Source: Hemiscyllium ocellatum (lineage: Eukaryota). From it: 64,000 nt of DNA. Of the stretch, positions 12,230 through 23,199 are shown piece by piece. Under the pieces are notes generated by a model. That model did no database searches. It had not been told where the DNA came from and saw only the letters and a program-made list of their open reading frames with translations. The stretch covers positions 18,868,341 to 18,932,340 of the forward strand of contig NC_083409.1 in NCBI RefSeq assembly GCF_020745735.1. The letters are read 5' to 3'. Made by a program: the position numbers and the translations under genes. Every line of letters starts with the position of its first letter. The stretch's first letter is position 1.

Positions 12230-14770
12230 TTTTTTAGTAAATATTTATTGAAAAAATATTATATTATAATACAGTAATGTGAATAAACCGCCGGCTACTG
12301 TTCAAGATACAGTTGTCCCATATTTTGCTTAACTTAAAACAAATCAGCACAAACTCAAATTAAATAAAATAACACTAAGTTTAAGTATAATCCATTAAAA
12401 TTAAATTGCACTACTTGTACTATATTACATGACTCCACTCGCCGCACTCTCCATCAAAGCTCCTGTCCACAGGAACAACAGTGATTATACTCGTATTTTT
12501 GAGACCACCCCCCCAAATCCCTGCGATCCCCGGACAACCACATACAGCCCTCGTGCCTCTATAAAGGCCCTAATCAGTACAGCCGACAGATCCATGTTGA
12601 TGTAAATTAGAAAGGGCCGCCGTGTCTTATAAAATTGCTCCATTCCGTGGTTCCCCATACTGTCAGGTAATCTTGAGGGACGTGCTCCATCACAAGTCTG
12701 TGCCACCCTGCAAGACCTGGAGGCTTTGCTGATATTCAATTCATTAGGATGTCCTTCCTCGCACAATGTGTAAGAATTTTTTTTTAGATTAGATTACTTA
12801 CAGTGTGGAAACAGGCCCTTCGGCCCAACAAGTCCACACCGACCCGCCGAAGCGCAACCCACCCATACCCCTACATATACCCCTTGCCTAACACTACGGG
12901 GAATTTAGCATGGCCAATTCACCTGACCCGCACATCTTTGGACTGTGGGAGGAAACCGGAGAACCCGGTGGAAACCCACGCAGACACGGGGAGAACGTGC
13001 AAACTCCACACAGTCAGTCGCCTGAGGCGGGAATTGAACCCAGGTCCCTGGCGCTGTGAGGCAGCAGTGCTAACCACTGTGCCACCGTGCCGCCCTTATG
13101 TTGAATAACCTCTTCCCGTGCTCACCCAAAGAGGGAAGTTTCGGTCGTTCCCAAAAGGAGGGACACCAGATCCTCCCAAACTCCCATTCCCAGGATTGTC
13201 TCCAGCTCATTCACTATGGCTTCCCCCCACCCCGGATCCACAGATCTTGTAACAGGACCAAAAGCGATGTGTAAGGATGTCAATACTGTTTTTACATTTG
13301 GGACATTTCAGGGAAGACCCTTTCTTAAACTTTGCTAACCTCTCTGGCTCCATTTGGGTCCTGGGGAGGATCTTCAATTGCATTGCTTGTGCCTTATTGT
13401 AGTTTGAAATTTTCTTTACATTCCCTCATACATCCTCCTACATTTCCGATGAGATTTCTTCCCTTAACTCCTGATTCCAAATCTCCCTGACTCTCTCCAA
13501 TTCCCCCAAGGCATTCCCTCTCTGCAGATGATATGAGGTACTAACTGAAAGAGCGCCCCCTCATCGGAGCACTCTTCATTCTATATCCGACTTGTTGGGC
13601 TGGGTCAAGAACGTAGTCTTCTTCTGTATGTAATCCCTAACCTGGAAATATCGGAAAAGATCCCAATTAGGGATTCCATATTTCTGACCTAATTGGCGAA
13701 AAAAACATCAAGACCCCTCCCTCAAATAAATCTCCCAGACAGGGGATTCGATTACGCTCCCATGCTCTGAAGCTGGAGTCCTTTGATCCCAGTCTAAATC
13801 CTGGGGCTCCCACTAACGGGGTGAACTACAAATAGCCTCCACCCTTCCGCATTATCCTCCATGCTTTACTGTATTTATGATAATCAGACTTTCACAATGC
13901 GCACCTACCGATCTCATCTTATCCATGAACAGTAAGTTTCTAAAGGGACATCTCACCTGCGAGGCCTCTGCATCAAGCCACATCGACTTTGAGTCATTAT
14001 GCACCCATTCACCTACATATAGCAACAGGGTGCTGCTTTGATACTCTTCAGATCTGGGAGGTCCACCGCCCACCCTCCATATCCTGCGGAAGTTGCAATT
14101 TGGTAAATTTAATTAAATTGCACCGACAGCGCAAAATAAATGATCCAAGCAATCCCACAAACCTCTGCAGCACCTGGTTGGGTAATAACAAAGGGAGCAT
14201 CCTCACAGGATAGAACCACCAAGGAACAACATTCACTTTAATCAAGGCTATACGGCTGAGCCATGATCTGGGTATTCCCTCCCATCGCTGCAAGTCCTGC
14301 TTTTCCCTCTCAAACAGCGACACAAGGTTAGCTCCATACAGTTGCGGGAAGTGAGGGGTAATAAAAATTCCCAGATAGGGAAAACCTTTCTGTGACCATA
14401 TAAAAGGAAACTCCATTCCGTCCTCCAGTTTCAGTACCTGCACCAATCTCCCACAGGCAGGACTTCCGATTTTGGAAAATTTATTCTGTATCCTGAAAGG
14501 TTGACGAATAATTTAATTTTTTTTTATTAGCCAGGGTATGGACTTTTCAGAGTTGGCTAAAAACAAGAGGACATTGTCCGTGTAGAGAGTGATTTTTGTT
14601 TCCCCAACTCCCACCTTCGGTGCCGTTATTTCAGGGTCTTTTCAGACAGTCCCTGCCAGTGGTTCAAGTACCAAGGTAAACAGTAGGGGCAACAGGGAAA
14701 ATCCCTGTCAGCTGCCCCTCCCCACACCAAAATTACTCAATTTCATATTATTCGCGATAACGCCATCCAG
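12230..14770 (-). mobile_element. 5'-truncated L1-clade LINE (decayed ORF2 RT to the 3' A-rich tail)
   Basis: Minus-strand peptide GRGS*QGFSLLPLLFTLVLEPLA (RQGCPLSPLLF motif), YLGIFIT, RIALIK.NV.P; T-rich tail at about 12230. Confidence 0.85.
12786..13095 (-). mobile_element. Full-length HE1 SINE (V-SINE family) nested in the L1
   Basis: tRNA-like head GGGCGGCACGGTGGCACAGTGGTTAGC..GGGTTCAATTCCC, central GTGTGGAGTTTGCAC, tail CCTGTTTCCACACTGTAAGTAATCTAATCT. Confidence 0.92.
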
Positions 14771-14862
14771 ATTCATCTCTCCCATCAACCAATCAGGTCA
14801 TACTCTCTCCCTTTCTCAACCTATCCCCACCTCACCACACAGCTCCCCCAACACCCACCCTG

Positions 14863-14897
14863 AGTCCTGAAGAAGGGGTACACCTGAAATGTCGACT
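14863..14897 (+). ncRNA. Minimal type I hammerhead ribozyme-like motif in a Penelope terminal-repeat fragment (about 14775-14900)
   Basis: AGUC-CUGAAGA-A-GGG(GUACA)CCU-GAAA-U-GUC-GACU: perfect 4-bp stem I, core, stem II, GUC cleavage triplet. Confidence 0.55.
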
Positions 14898-17800
14898 CCT
14901 GAAGAGGTTAGACAGAGAAGGTTGGATTGCAACAAGAGTCACAGGTACTTCATATCTCATCTCACTGAATCAAACCATCGAGCCCATCAATCCTGAAAAC
15001 AGATTCCAACATTGTAGTCCCATTTGCTGGTTGCACATGTAATGTCTCTCTCAGGCTGAAGAAAGGAAGCTCTCCACTGAGAAATTAGTGAGCTTAACCC
15101 AGATCCTGAACAACAGCACAACAGAATGGAGTGATATAAATCAGAAACAGAATAAATACAGGGCAGCCTTAATACTGCAGCTAGCACTGAGTGCAGCCAA
15201 CACAGAGGGGAATGCTGGGAAGTTTGGTCAGTGTGGAAGTTCGGAGAACTCGGGGACGGAGCCTACCTTTGCTTTTCCAAACAGATTTGGAACTGTCACT
15301 TCAGCTGCTGGGAGCCTGCACATGCACTTGGTTTGAATGAAATAAAATGATAAACAAGAGAATAGGAGTCTGGTAAGCAGATCAGCTGGGAATTGTTCAG
15401 TATGAGGGACTGTCTAAATAGATTGCTTCAGGACATGTCCATTAGGGAAAGTTTATAAATTGAAAGTACTGAAACTTCAAAACAGAGATTGAAGACAATT
15501 ACTGGTCCAATGAAGGAATGGATATTTTTCATTTGTAAGTGAGCTCAATATATTTATTTAATTGAAATGAATCAGCGTAAATACATGTGTAGTGAACGTA
15601 TAAAACTACCAGAACTCCCACTTGGTGGCTGAGTTGAAAAAAATGATACATCCGGGAGGGGCGGAGATACCTGGAGACTTTGTTCCAGAAGGAAGTTATA
15701 GGCCTCAGGACAGCACAGTTCAATAAGGGATGACCCATGAGGGAGGCAGATAGGGAGTTGGAGAATACTATGGGACAGGAAAACCCTTCACTCTTCTAAA
15801 CTCCACTGAGAACTAGGCCAGTCTTTCCAACCTTTCCTCATCACACAGCCCACTCATTCCAGGGATCAATTGAGTAAAACTCCTCTGAAACACCCCCAAT
15901 GCATTTATATTCTTCCTTCAATAAGGAGACCAAACTACCCTCAGTATTTGAGATGTGGTTACACCAATGTTCAGGAAAAACTGAAACATCACAGTCTCCC
16001 TTTCTGGTCCTTAAGCACGCCTACTCTTACTTTTCCCAGCCTTTTTACTGTCCATGTCTAATTGCCCTGGACAAGGTGGTGATTAGCTGCCTTCTTGACC
16101 TCCTGCAGTCTGTGTGCTGTAGGTAGATCCACAATGCATTTAGGAAGGTAATTCCAGGATTCTGACCCAGTGACAATGTAGGAACAGTATTATAATTCCA
16201 AGTCAATCTAGTGAATGGCTTGGAGGGGAACTTGCTGGGGTGATGTTCCCATTGTATCTGCTGCCTTTGTCCTTGATTTAAGTAATCATGACTTTGGAAG
16301 ATGTTGTCTCAGGATTTTTGGTGAATCTCTGCAGTGCATTTTGTAAATAATACACAGAGCCGTTACTGAGCGTCGGTGTGGAGGGGATGGATGTGTGTGG
16401 ATGTGGTACCAGTCAAGCAGGCTAATTATTTTTCAACGAGATTTAAATAAAATAATGTAAGACAATATAAAATAAAATAAAATAAAAATGTGCTGCCTTT
16501 TTGATAAAACAAAAAAATTGACTCCTCCTCTCCCCACAGAGGCTGCACCTGTTCCCTTTCTCCAGCATCGTGCTTCTATCTGAGATTTGCAGTATTTTGT
16601 TTATGCATCTGTTTTAATGCCATTGGTTATAAGAGAAGCATTGGCCAGCACACTGGGGAGAGTTTCCCTGAGATGGTCACAAAGCCCTTATATTCACATT
16701 GACCTGAGAGGGCAGTGGTTTAACCGATCATCCAGCAGATGGCGTCTTTGCCTTTGCCAGCCTCAGGATAGTGCTCCAGTGTCTGGAGTGGGGTTTGAAA
16801 CCTGCAGGTTCAGGTGACGGTGTTATCACTGAACCCATCTATTCTTTACTGGGATGTGGGTGTCACTGACAAGACCAGCATTTGTTCTCCATCCCTAACT
16901 GCCCTGAAACTGAGTAGCTTGCTCGGCCTTTCAAATGGCAGGTAAGGGTCAGCCACATTGCTGGAGTCCTGGCAGAGTCAGACATCTACAACAGGTCTAC
17001 AAGAACAGCCTTCTTCGGCCCAATGAGCCAAAGCCAGTCAAAACAACCACCTCACTATTCTAATTCCATGTTCCAGCACTTGGCCTGTAGCCCTGTATAC
17101 CTTGGCATTACAGCTGCACATCAAAATACGTCAATGTTATGGGAGAGCTCCTGCCTCAACCACCCTTACAGGGAGTGAGTCCCAGACTGCCACCACCCTC
17201 CGGGTCAAAACGTTTTCCTTATCTTCCCTCTTAACCTTTGGCCATTTATCTTTAATCTGTACCCCTCCAATCATTGATTATAATATAACCCCATGTCACC
17301 AAGTCTCCCTTAATTGACACATGAACAGTCCTTGACTGTAATGCCTCAGAGAGAGTCAGACACCGGAGGCTCAGGGTCTCTGACTCTCAGCCTGTTTATG
17401 TCAGTGAGGATTTTCCCTGTTATATCCTGGTAACGATTTGAGCTTTTCTTGTGAAACCCAGTTGGCATTTCTTTAATGGCATTGAATCTCCCACACGCTC
17501 CCACCTCTCTTGATGCTCACCCTTGTCTGGTTAATTCTTCCCATTTCCTTCTCTTCTTTCAGTTCATTCCATTTCAGGAAAGTCTGTGATATTTCCAGGG
17601 AGGATGTGCTCTGGAAACTGCTATTGACAAACTCACTGCCCTTCAATGGAAGGAAGGCCAATGTTTGCAGCAAGCCTGGACTGTGCCCTTGTGTACCTTG
17701 TCTGAAGGATTCCATGTGATCTGTCAGCCTCCATCCCAGCCTGATAACCATCTCGGACATTGGAAGGAAAGGCCCAGGGAGCAGGTTAACATGGTGCAAA

Positions 17801-18011
17801 AAGCCTTTCAGCTGAAGCTTTGGTGTTTGCGCTCAGTGTGTATTATCACTTGCTCATTGCTCCCCTTTTACATGATCATGGAGAGAGAACTCTTGCTGGT
17901 GCAGGTTTTTTTAATCATCTCAGGATATTGAAAGCTGTGAGCACAGTGCAGTCACTTTCACGGACAAGATGGTGAGTCCCACAGACAGGAAACAAATGAT
18001 GAGACTAATCT

Positions 18012-18630
18012 ATTCATAGAGTCATGGAGATGTACAGCACGGAAACAGACAGTTCAGTCCAACCAGATATCCCAAAACCCAATCAATCCCACCTGCCAGC
18101 ACCCGGCCCATATCCCTCCAAACCCTTCCTATTTATATACCCATCCAAATGCCTCTTAAATGTTGCAATTGTACCAGCCTCCACTACTTCCTCTGGCAGC
18201 TCATTCCATACACATACCACCCTATGTGTGAAAGATTTGTCCCTTCGTTCTCTTTTATAGCTTTCCCCTCTCACCCTAAACGTATGCCCACTCGTTCTGG
18301 ATTCCACGACCCCAGGGAAAAGACTTTGCCTATTTATCCTATCCATACCCCTCATAATTTTGTAAACCTCTATAAGGTCACCCCTCAGCTCCAGGGAAAA
18401 CAGCCCCAGCCTGCCCAGCCTCTCCCTGTAGCTCAAATCCTCCAACCTTGGCAACATTCTTGAAAATCTTTCCTGAACCCTTTCAAGTTTCACAACATCT
18501 TTCCGATAGGAAGAGACGAGAATTGCACACAATATTCCAACAATGGCCTAACCAATGACCTGTACAACTGCTACGTGACCTCCCAACTACTGTACTCAAT
18601 ACTCTGACCAATGAAAGAAAGCATGCCAAA
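18012..18630 (-). mobile_element. CR1 LINE 3' fragment
   Basis: ORF 18083..18532 (KLERVQERFSRMLP..LSYRERL..LGLFSL.LRGDLIEVYKI). Confidence 0.9.
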
Positions 18631-19734
18631 CACTTTTGAGCAGGATACCTGAGGGAATCTCTTCAGAATGGGATCTTGTCAAGCCCCCTGAGGTGGGGGT
18701 GGTGGTGGTCTGGGTGTGGTGGTGGTGGAGCCTCAAATGATGGTGCCAGAGACTTTCAGCAGTGCACCAAAGTCTCAGCCTGGATTCTGCGTTCTCATTT
18801 CTGAGGTGGCTTTCAATCCGATGACCATTTTGACTATGGGCCAGGAGCATTGCCCATGGAGCCACGGTCAGTAACAATGTAAACTGTGTGGCTCTGAAAG
18901 CCTGAGTCTGCATCTCAGCTCGGGAAGATATCAGCTCATTCATCAAATCTGTTTCTGCCCCTCTGCAGGCTGACCAGGCTGCCGGTGCCTTTCCAACACT
19001 CCCACGTTTCCTCTTGTGTCACAGCTCATTCTCTTGAGGGATCATTGTGCTCAGAGTCAAAACGTGTGGCACTGGAAAAGCACAGCAGGTCAGGCAGTTG
19101 TGCTCAGGCCAAGGACATGACCTTGTCCCTCTGTCAGATCCTCTTCGAGAAATTCATGGCTCACCACTGCCCTCTCCAGGACAGTTAGGGAAGGGCAACA
19201 AGCAAGGATACAGATGGGCAGCCGAAGCCGAAAGTGCTGTTCTCTGCAGTTTGGGACACGCTTTGATAGCCATTTGTTAGATCTTTGAGTGTAATTCAGT
19301 TTTTGCTGATCCCAGTGTCAATCTGAAGGACACTCCACCTTCCTGTCTGACAAACCAGGTTCACCCATGTCATGGCTCTATTTCTGGCCAAGACTCCAAT
19401 CTTTCAAAGAGATGAATTCAAGCCTCACCAGTTTGATCATTTGAATTATACGCCATTTATTTTGATTTCTCCTGAGATGGGGGGTGAAGGGGGGGAAGGG
19501 GGGAGGCATTGATGTGTCAGTCCTTCCCTAATTGCCCTGGAGAGAGTGGTGGTGAATCAAATTATACCTAGGAAGCAACTGACGGGTCATTCCTACTGAA
19601 ATCCAATGCAGTGACTATAGATTTGTTCATGGCCAATGGATGGAGTAATTACCCATAATCCTCAGTTGCGGTACAAGTACTCTATAGTTATGCGAAGGCA
19701 GCTGTTTCACTCTGCCCGAACAATAAAAAGACAG

Positions 19735-19815
19735 AAGTCACACAACACCAGGTTCTAGCCCAACAGGTTCATTTGAAATCACAAGTTTTCGAAGCGCTGC
19801 TCCTTCATCAGGATA
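19735..19815 (-). mobile_element. Short Penelope-derived repeat with a degenerate hammerhead core; relatives at about 22270-22350, 30965-31035 and 50800-50890
   Basis: Shared CTGATGAAGGAGC..GCT.CGAAA...AAATAAACCTGTTGGACTATAACCTGGTGTTG consensus across the copies. Confidence 0.6.
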
Positions 19816-20339
19816 ACTCCAGCCGCCCGCAACCCCCCCCCCCATCGGTATCCCCACATTAGCGAACAGTACAAATAAACTGGGGCTCTGTGAGGATCTT
19901 TGGATCATGATATTGATCACACCACAAGAAAAAAGTTTTGCATGCTATGTTTTTTCAAAAAAAGAAGTGCTTTGATAAGACTTTTGATTGTCTTCACGGT
20001 GTGCTGTTTTGTTCATTCTGTGATATGGATGGACTATGTCAGTATTGGGTATCACAAAGAATGGATCCTCAGTCAAACACTTTCCAGCACACTCTCTCCA
20101 TCTTGCTTTACTCCTTATTGACTTTTCGACATTGTCCCTGTTCCCTCACTCCAACACAGTCCCAGAGGAATTGATGGCCGGAGTTCATGACCTCACTCTG
20201 TGTGAAGGTTGGTGTGAAGTGAGGCCAGTGTGTTGGAGCTTGGGCTCCTCCCTCAGGCCCAGGTGTTGGGGCCAGTTCTCCAATCTGCACATTGTCCTTT
20301 TCCTCTTTCTGAATGAACTGGATCAAGTTGCAGTAAGGA

Positions 20340-21440
20340 TCTGGCAAAAGGTGTCTTGTCTAAAATGTTCCCAGCATTGGATACAGAACTGGCTGAGTCA
20401 GAGGAGACAGAGGGCAGTGATGGGAGGATGGTTTTCAGAATGGAGGGCTGTGATTCCTAGTGTCCTACAGGGATCAGTGGTGGGAACTCTGCTGTATGTG
20501 GTCTACATAAATGATTTAGAGGAAAGTGTAGCTGGTCTATTAAATGTTTACAGTTGATACAAAGATTGGTAGAGTTACAGATAATGAGAAGGATTGTCAG
20601 AGGGCACAGCAGGATATAGATCATTTGGATGCATGGACAGAAAAATGGCAGATGTAGTTTAATCCAGACAAATGTGAGGTGATGCATTTTGAAAGGTGAT
20701 GTACGGGTGGGAATTATACAGTGAATGGCAGAATCCTTTGGAGTATTGATATGCAGAGGGATCTGGGTGTGTATGTTCACAGATCACTGAAGGTGGCAGC
20801 ACAGGGAGGTAAGGCAGTAAAAAAGGCTTATGGCCTGCTTGCCTTCATTGGAAGGGGCATTGAGTATAAGGATAGACAAGTCATGCTGCAACTTATTGAC
20901 CATTAGTTAGGCCACACTTGGAATATTGTATACAGTTCTGGTCACCACACCATCAGAAGGATGTGGATGTTTTGAAGATGGTGCAGAAAATGTTTACCAG
21001 GATATTGTCTGGTATGGGGGATTTTAGTTCTGAAGAAAGGTTGGATAGACTGGGTTTGTTTTCACCAGAATGAGGGAAAATGAGGTGTGACCTCATAGAA
21101 GTTTATTAAGTTTTGAATGGCATAAATAGAGTGGAAAATATGAGGCTTTTTCCCAGGATGGAGGGATCACTTACTCGGGGACAGAGGTTCAAGGTGTGGG
21201 GGGAGGGGGGAATTTAAAGAATTGTGCGAGGCTAGTATTTCACACAAAAGGAGTTGAATACCTGGAACACACTGCCAGAGGAGGGGGTGGAAGCAGACAC
21301 ATTAGAAGTATTCAAGAAATACCTGCACTAATGCATGAATAGGAAGGGAATAGAGGGATACGAATCCTGTAGGTGAAGATAGTTTCAATATGGAAGTGCA
21401 AAATGTGTCAGCAAAGGCTTGTAGGGCTGAAGGGCCTGTT
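20340..21440 (+). mobile_element. CR1 LINE RT/3' fragment
   Basis: WIQNWLSQRRQRAV..SVLQGSVVGTLLYVVYINDL and a standard CR1 3' region. Confidence 0.9.
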
Positions 21441-21449
21441 CCTGTGCTG

Positions 21450-21715
21450 TATTGTTCCTTGTTCTTTGGTCCCTGCTGTTGAACTGGATTCTTGGGAGCC
21501 AGCTCCGTATGAAGAGCCTGTTCTCATTCTTTTGTTGAAGTTCATGGGGCAGCTGCTGCTTCCTTGCTACGTCACTGATCAAACCAACAATGGGGAAAGC
21601 CTCTTGATATTTTAAATACACTGTCTGCAGGAAAATGTTTGGCCGAGGTTTTAATATTGTTTAATAAGATAATGACGTCAAAACACCAGTGTTGTTTGCG
21701 GCTGAGAACATTTAA
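21450..21715 (+). pseudogene. Possible decayed ankyrin-repeat remnant (could belong to the RNase L-like gene)
   Basis: Frameshifted pieces EEPVLILLLK / HGA / TNNGESLLI / DNDVKTPVLFAAE resemble ankyrin LLL..GA and D..GKT.L..A motifs; several stops; weak. Confidence 0.3.
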
Positions 21716-22419
21716 CATCATGATCCAAGTTTTAAATGGACCCTTACTCGTGATAATACAGTTTTCAATGTTTCTCTCCCCTTATGTGTTGTGAAGAGTT
21801 TGCAAACATGTTTTGATGAGGACAGTGCATCTTCAACACCGTGTGATGGATTGGGCGGCTGTTTGAATTCTCACTTGTGATAATACAGTTTTAAATGTGT
21901 CAGTTTTACTTTCCCCACTCTCTGGGGGAGTGCCGCTGTCACTATCCCCACCCTTCACTCTCGGGGTGATACCATTTTTAGCATCCTTTCTGTCTGAGAA
22001 TGTCCCTGTTCTTGTCCCCCACTCTCTCAGGGACGGGGTGGGTGTTTCACATGCACCTGGTTTGTTAGCTCCATTTACTCTCTTGTGAAATGGGCAATCC
22101 CTGTTTTACTCTGGTAACAGTGAGTTAAAGCCCAATAGAGTTCACCCTTCATCTCCATCATATCTCAGGGCCTAAGGTTGGTCAGCACTCTCATGCTCCA
22201 GCACATCCCACCACTTCCCGCAATTTTCTCTCTTTCCTATCTTTACTGAACACCTTGTATCCAGGAATCCCCAAGGTCAAAAATCATACGACACCAGGTT
22301 ATAGTTCAACAGGTTTATTATATGACACAAGCCTCGCCCTTTCTTCAGGTGTTCAGAGGAGCAAGCAAGGTGAATTTAATCATCAGAGAAAACAAACTCT
22401 GCTGTTCATTTCCTTCTCG

Positions 22420-22544
22420 GTTGACTCCGTTCTCCTCAATGACATGAACAAGAGACAAGGCAAGAATAAAGAATATAAGGACACTATCAATGACCTTCTG
22501 AAATTCATAAGAAACCTCATCCAGCACTTTGATGAATAGAAAGA
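22420..22544 (+). pseudogene. RNASEL: RNase L-like KEN-domain exon ([40 protein letters not shown])
   Basis: Aligns to human [42 protein letters not shown]. In-frame TAG at 22537-22539, acceptor reads CG, donor reads GCATGT. Confidence 0.85.
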
Positions 22545-22854
22545 GCATGTGAACAATAGTTGGTGGCAATATTTTCCTGCTTTTTCAACTTTTTGCATTG
22601 ATTCAAAGGCAGAATGAGCACCTTCCAAACCCAAGGCCATTTCCATTAGAAGGACAAGTGCACAGATACACAGATTACCACCACCTTCAAGTTTCACTCA
22701 AATCTCCATAGCATCCTGATATGAAAATATACTACTGTTCCTTCAGTGTCGCTGGGTCAAAATCTTGGACTACCCTCCCTTAGGGCATTGTGGGTTTATC
22801 TACAGCACATGGACTGCAGCGGTTCATGAAGGCAGCTCACGACCACCTTGCAAA

Positions 22855-23199
22855 GGGCAGCATTGTGGGTCAGTGGTTAGTGCTGCTCCCTCGCAGCGCC
22901 AGGAACCTGGTTTCAATTCCACCCTGGGATGACTGTCTGTCTGGAGTTTGCACATTTTCCCCATGTCTGAGTGAGTTTCCTCCACACACTACATAGATGT
23001 GTAGGTTTGGTGGATTAGCCATGCTAAATTGCACACAGTGTCCAGGGATGTGCAGGCAGGGTGGGTTAGCCATGGGAAATGCAGCATTACAGGGATGGGG
23101 CTGATCTAGACGGGTTGCTGTTTGGTGGGTTGGTGTGAACTTGATGGGCTGAATGGCCTGCTTCCACACCATATAATGATTCTATGATTCTATGATTCT
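22855..23199 (+). mobile_element. HE1-type SINE with (GATTCTAT)n tail
   Basis: tRNA-like head, GGAGTTTGCAC core, tail repeat. Confidence 0.85.

Noticed and set aside
12786-13095. tRNA-like heads (A/B boxes) of this and the other HE1 copies
   Set aside because: SINE 5' regions continuing into SINE core and LINE-derived tails, not tRNA genes
17555-17790. Pyrimidine tract followed by open frames, suggesting an exon
   Set aside because: No recognisable homology in any frame, including to RNase L, and no consistent splice phase with neighbours
18640-19300. Non-repetitive GC-richer stretch with AG/GT sites
   Set aside because: Stops in all frames examined and no family recognised
22349-22369. 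Mini-exon VFRGASK with a phase-0 GT donor as the missing preceding RNase L exon
   Set aside because: Its apparent acceptor lies within a Penelope-derived repeat, it would leave a 50-nt intron, and similarity to the expected sequence is negligible
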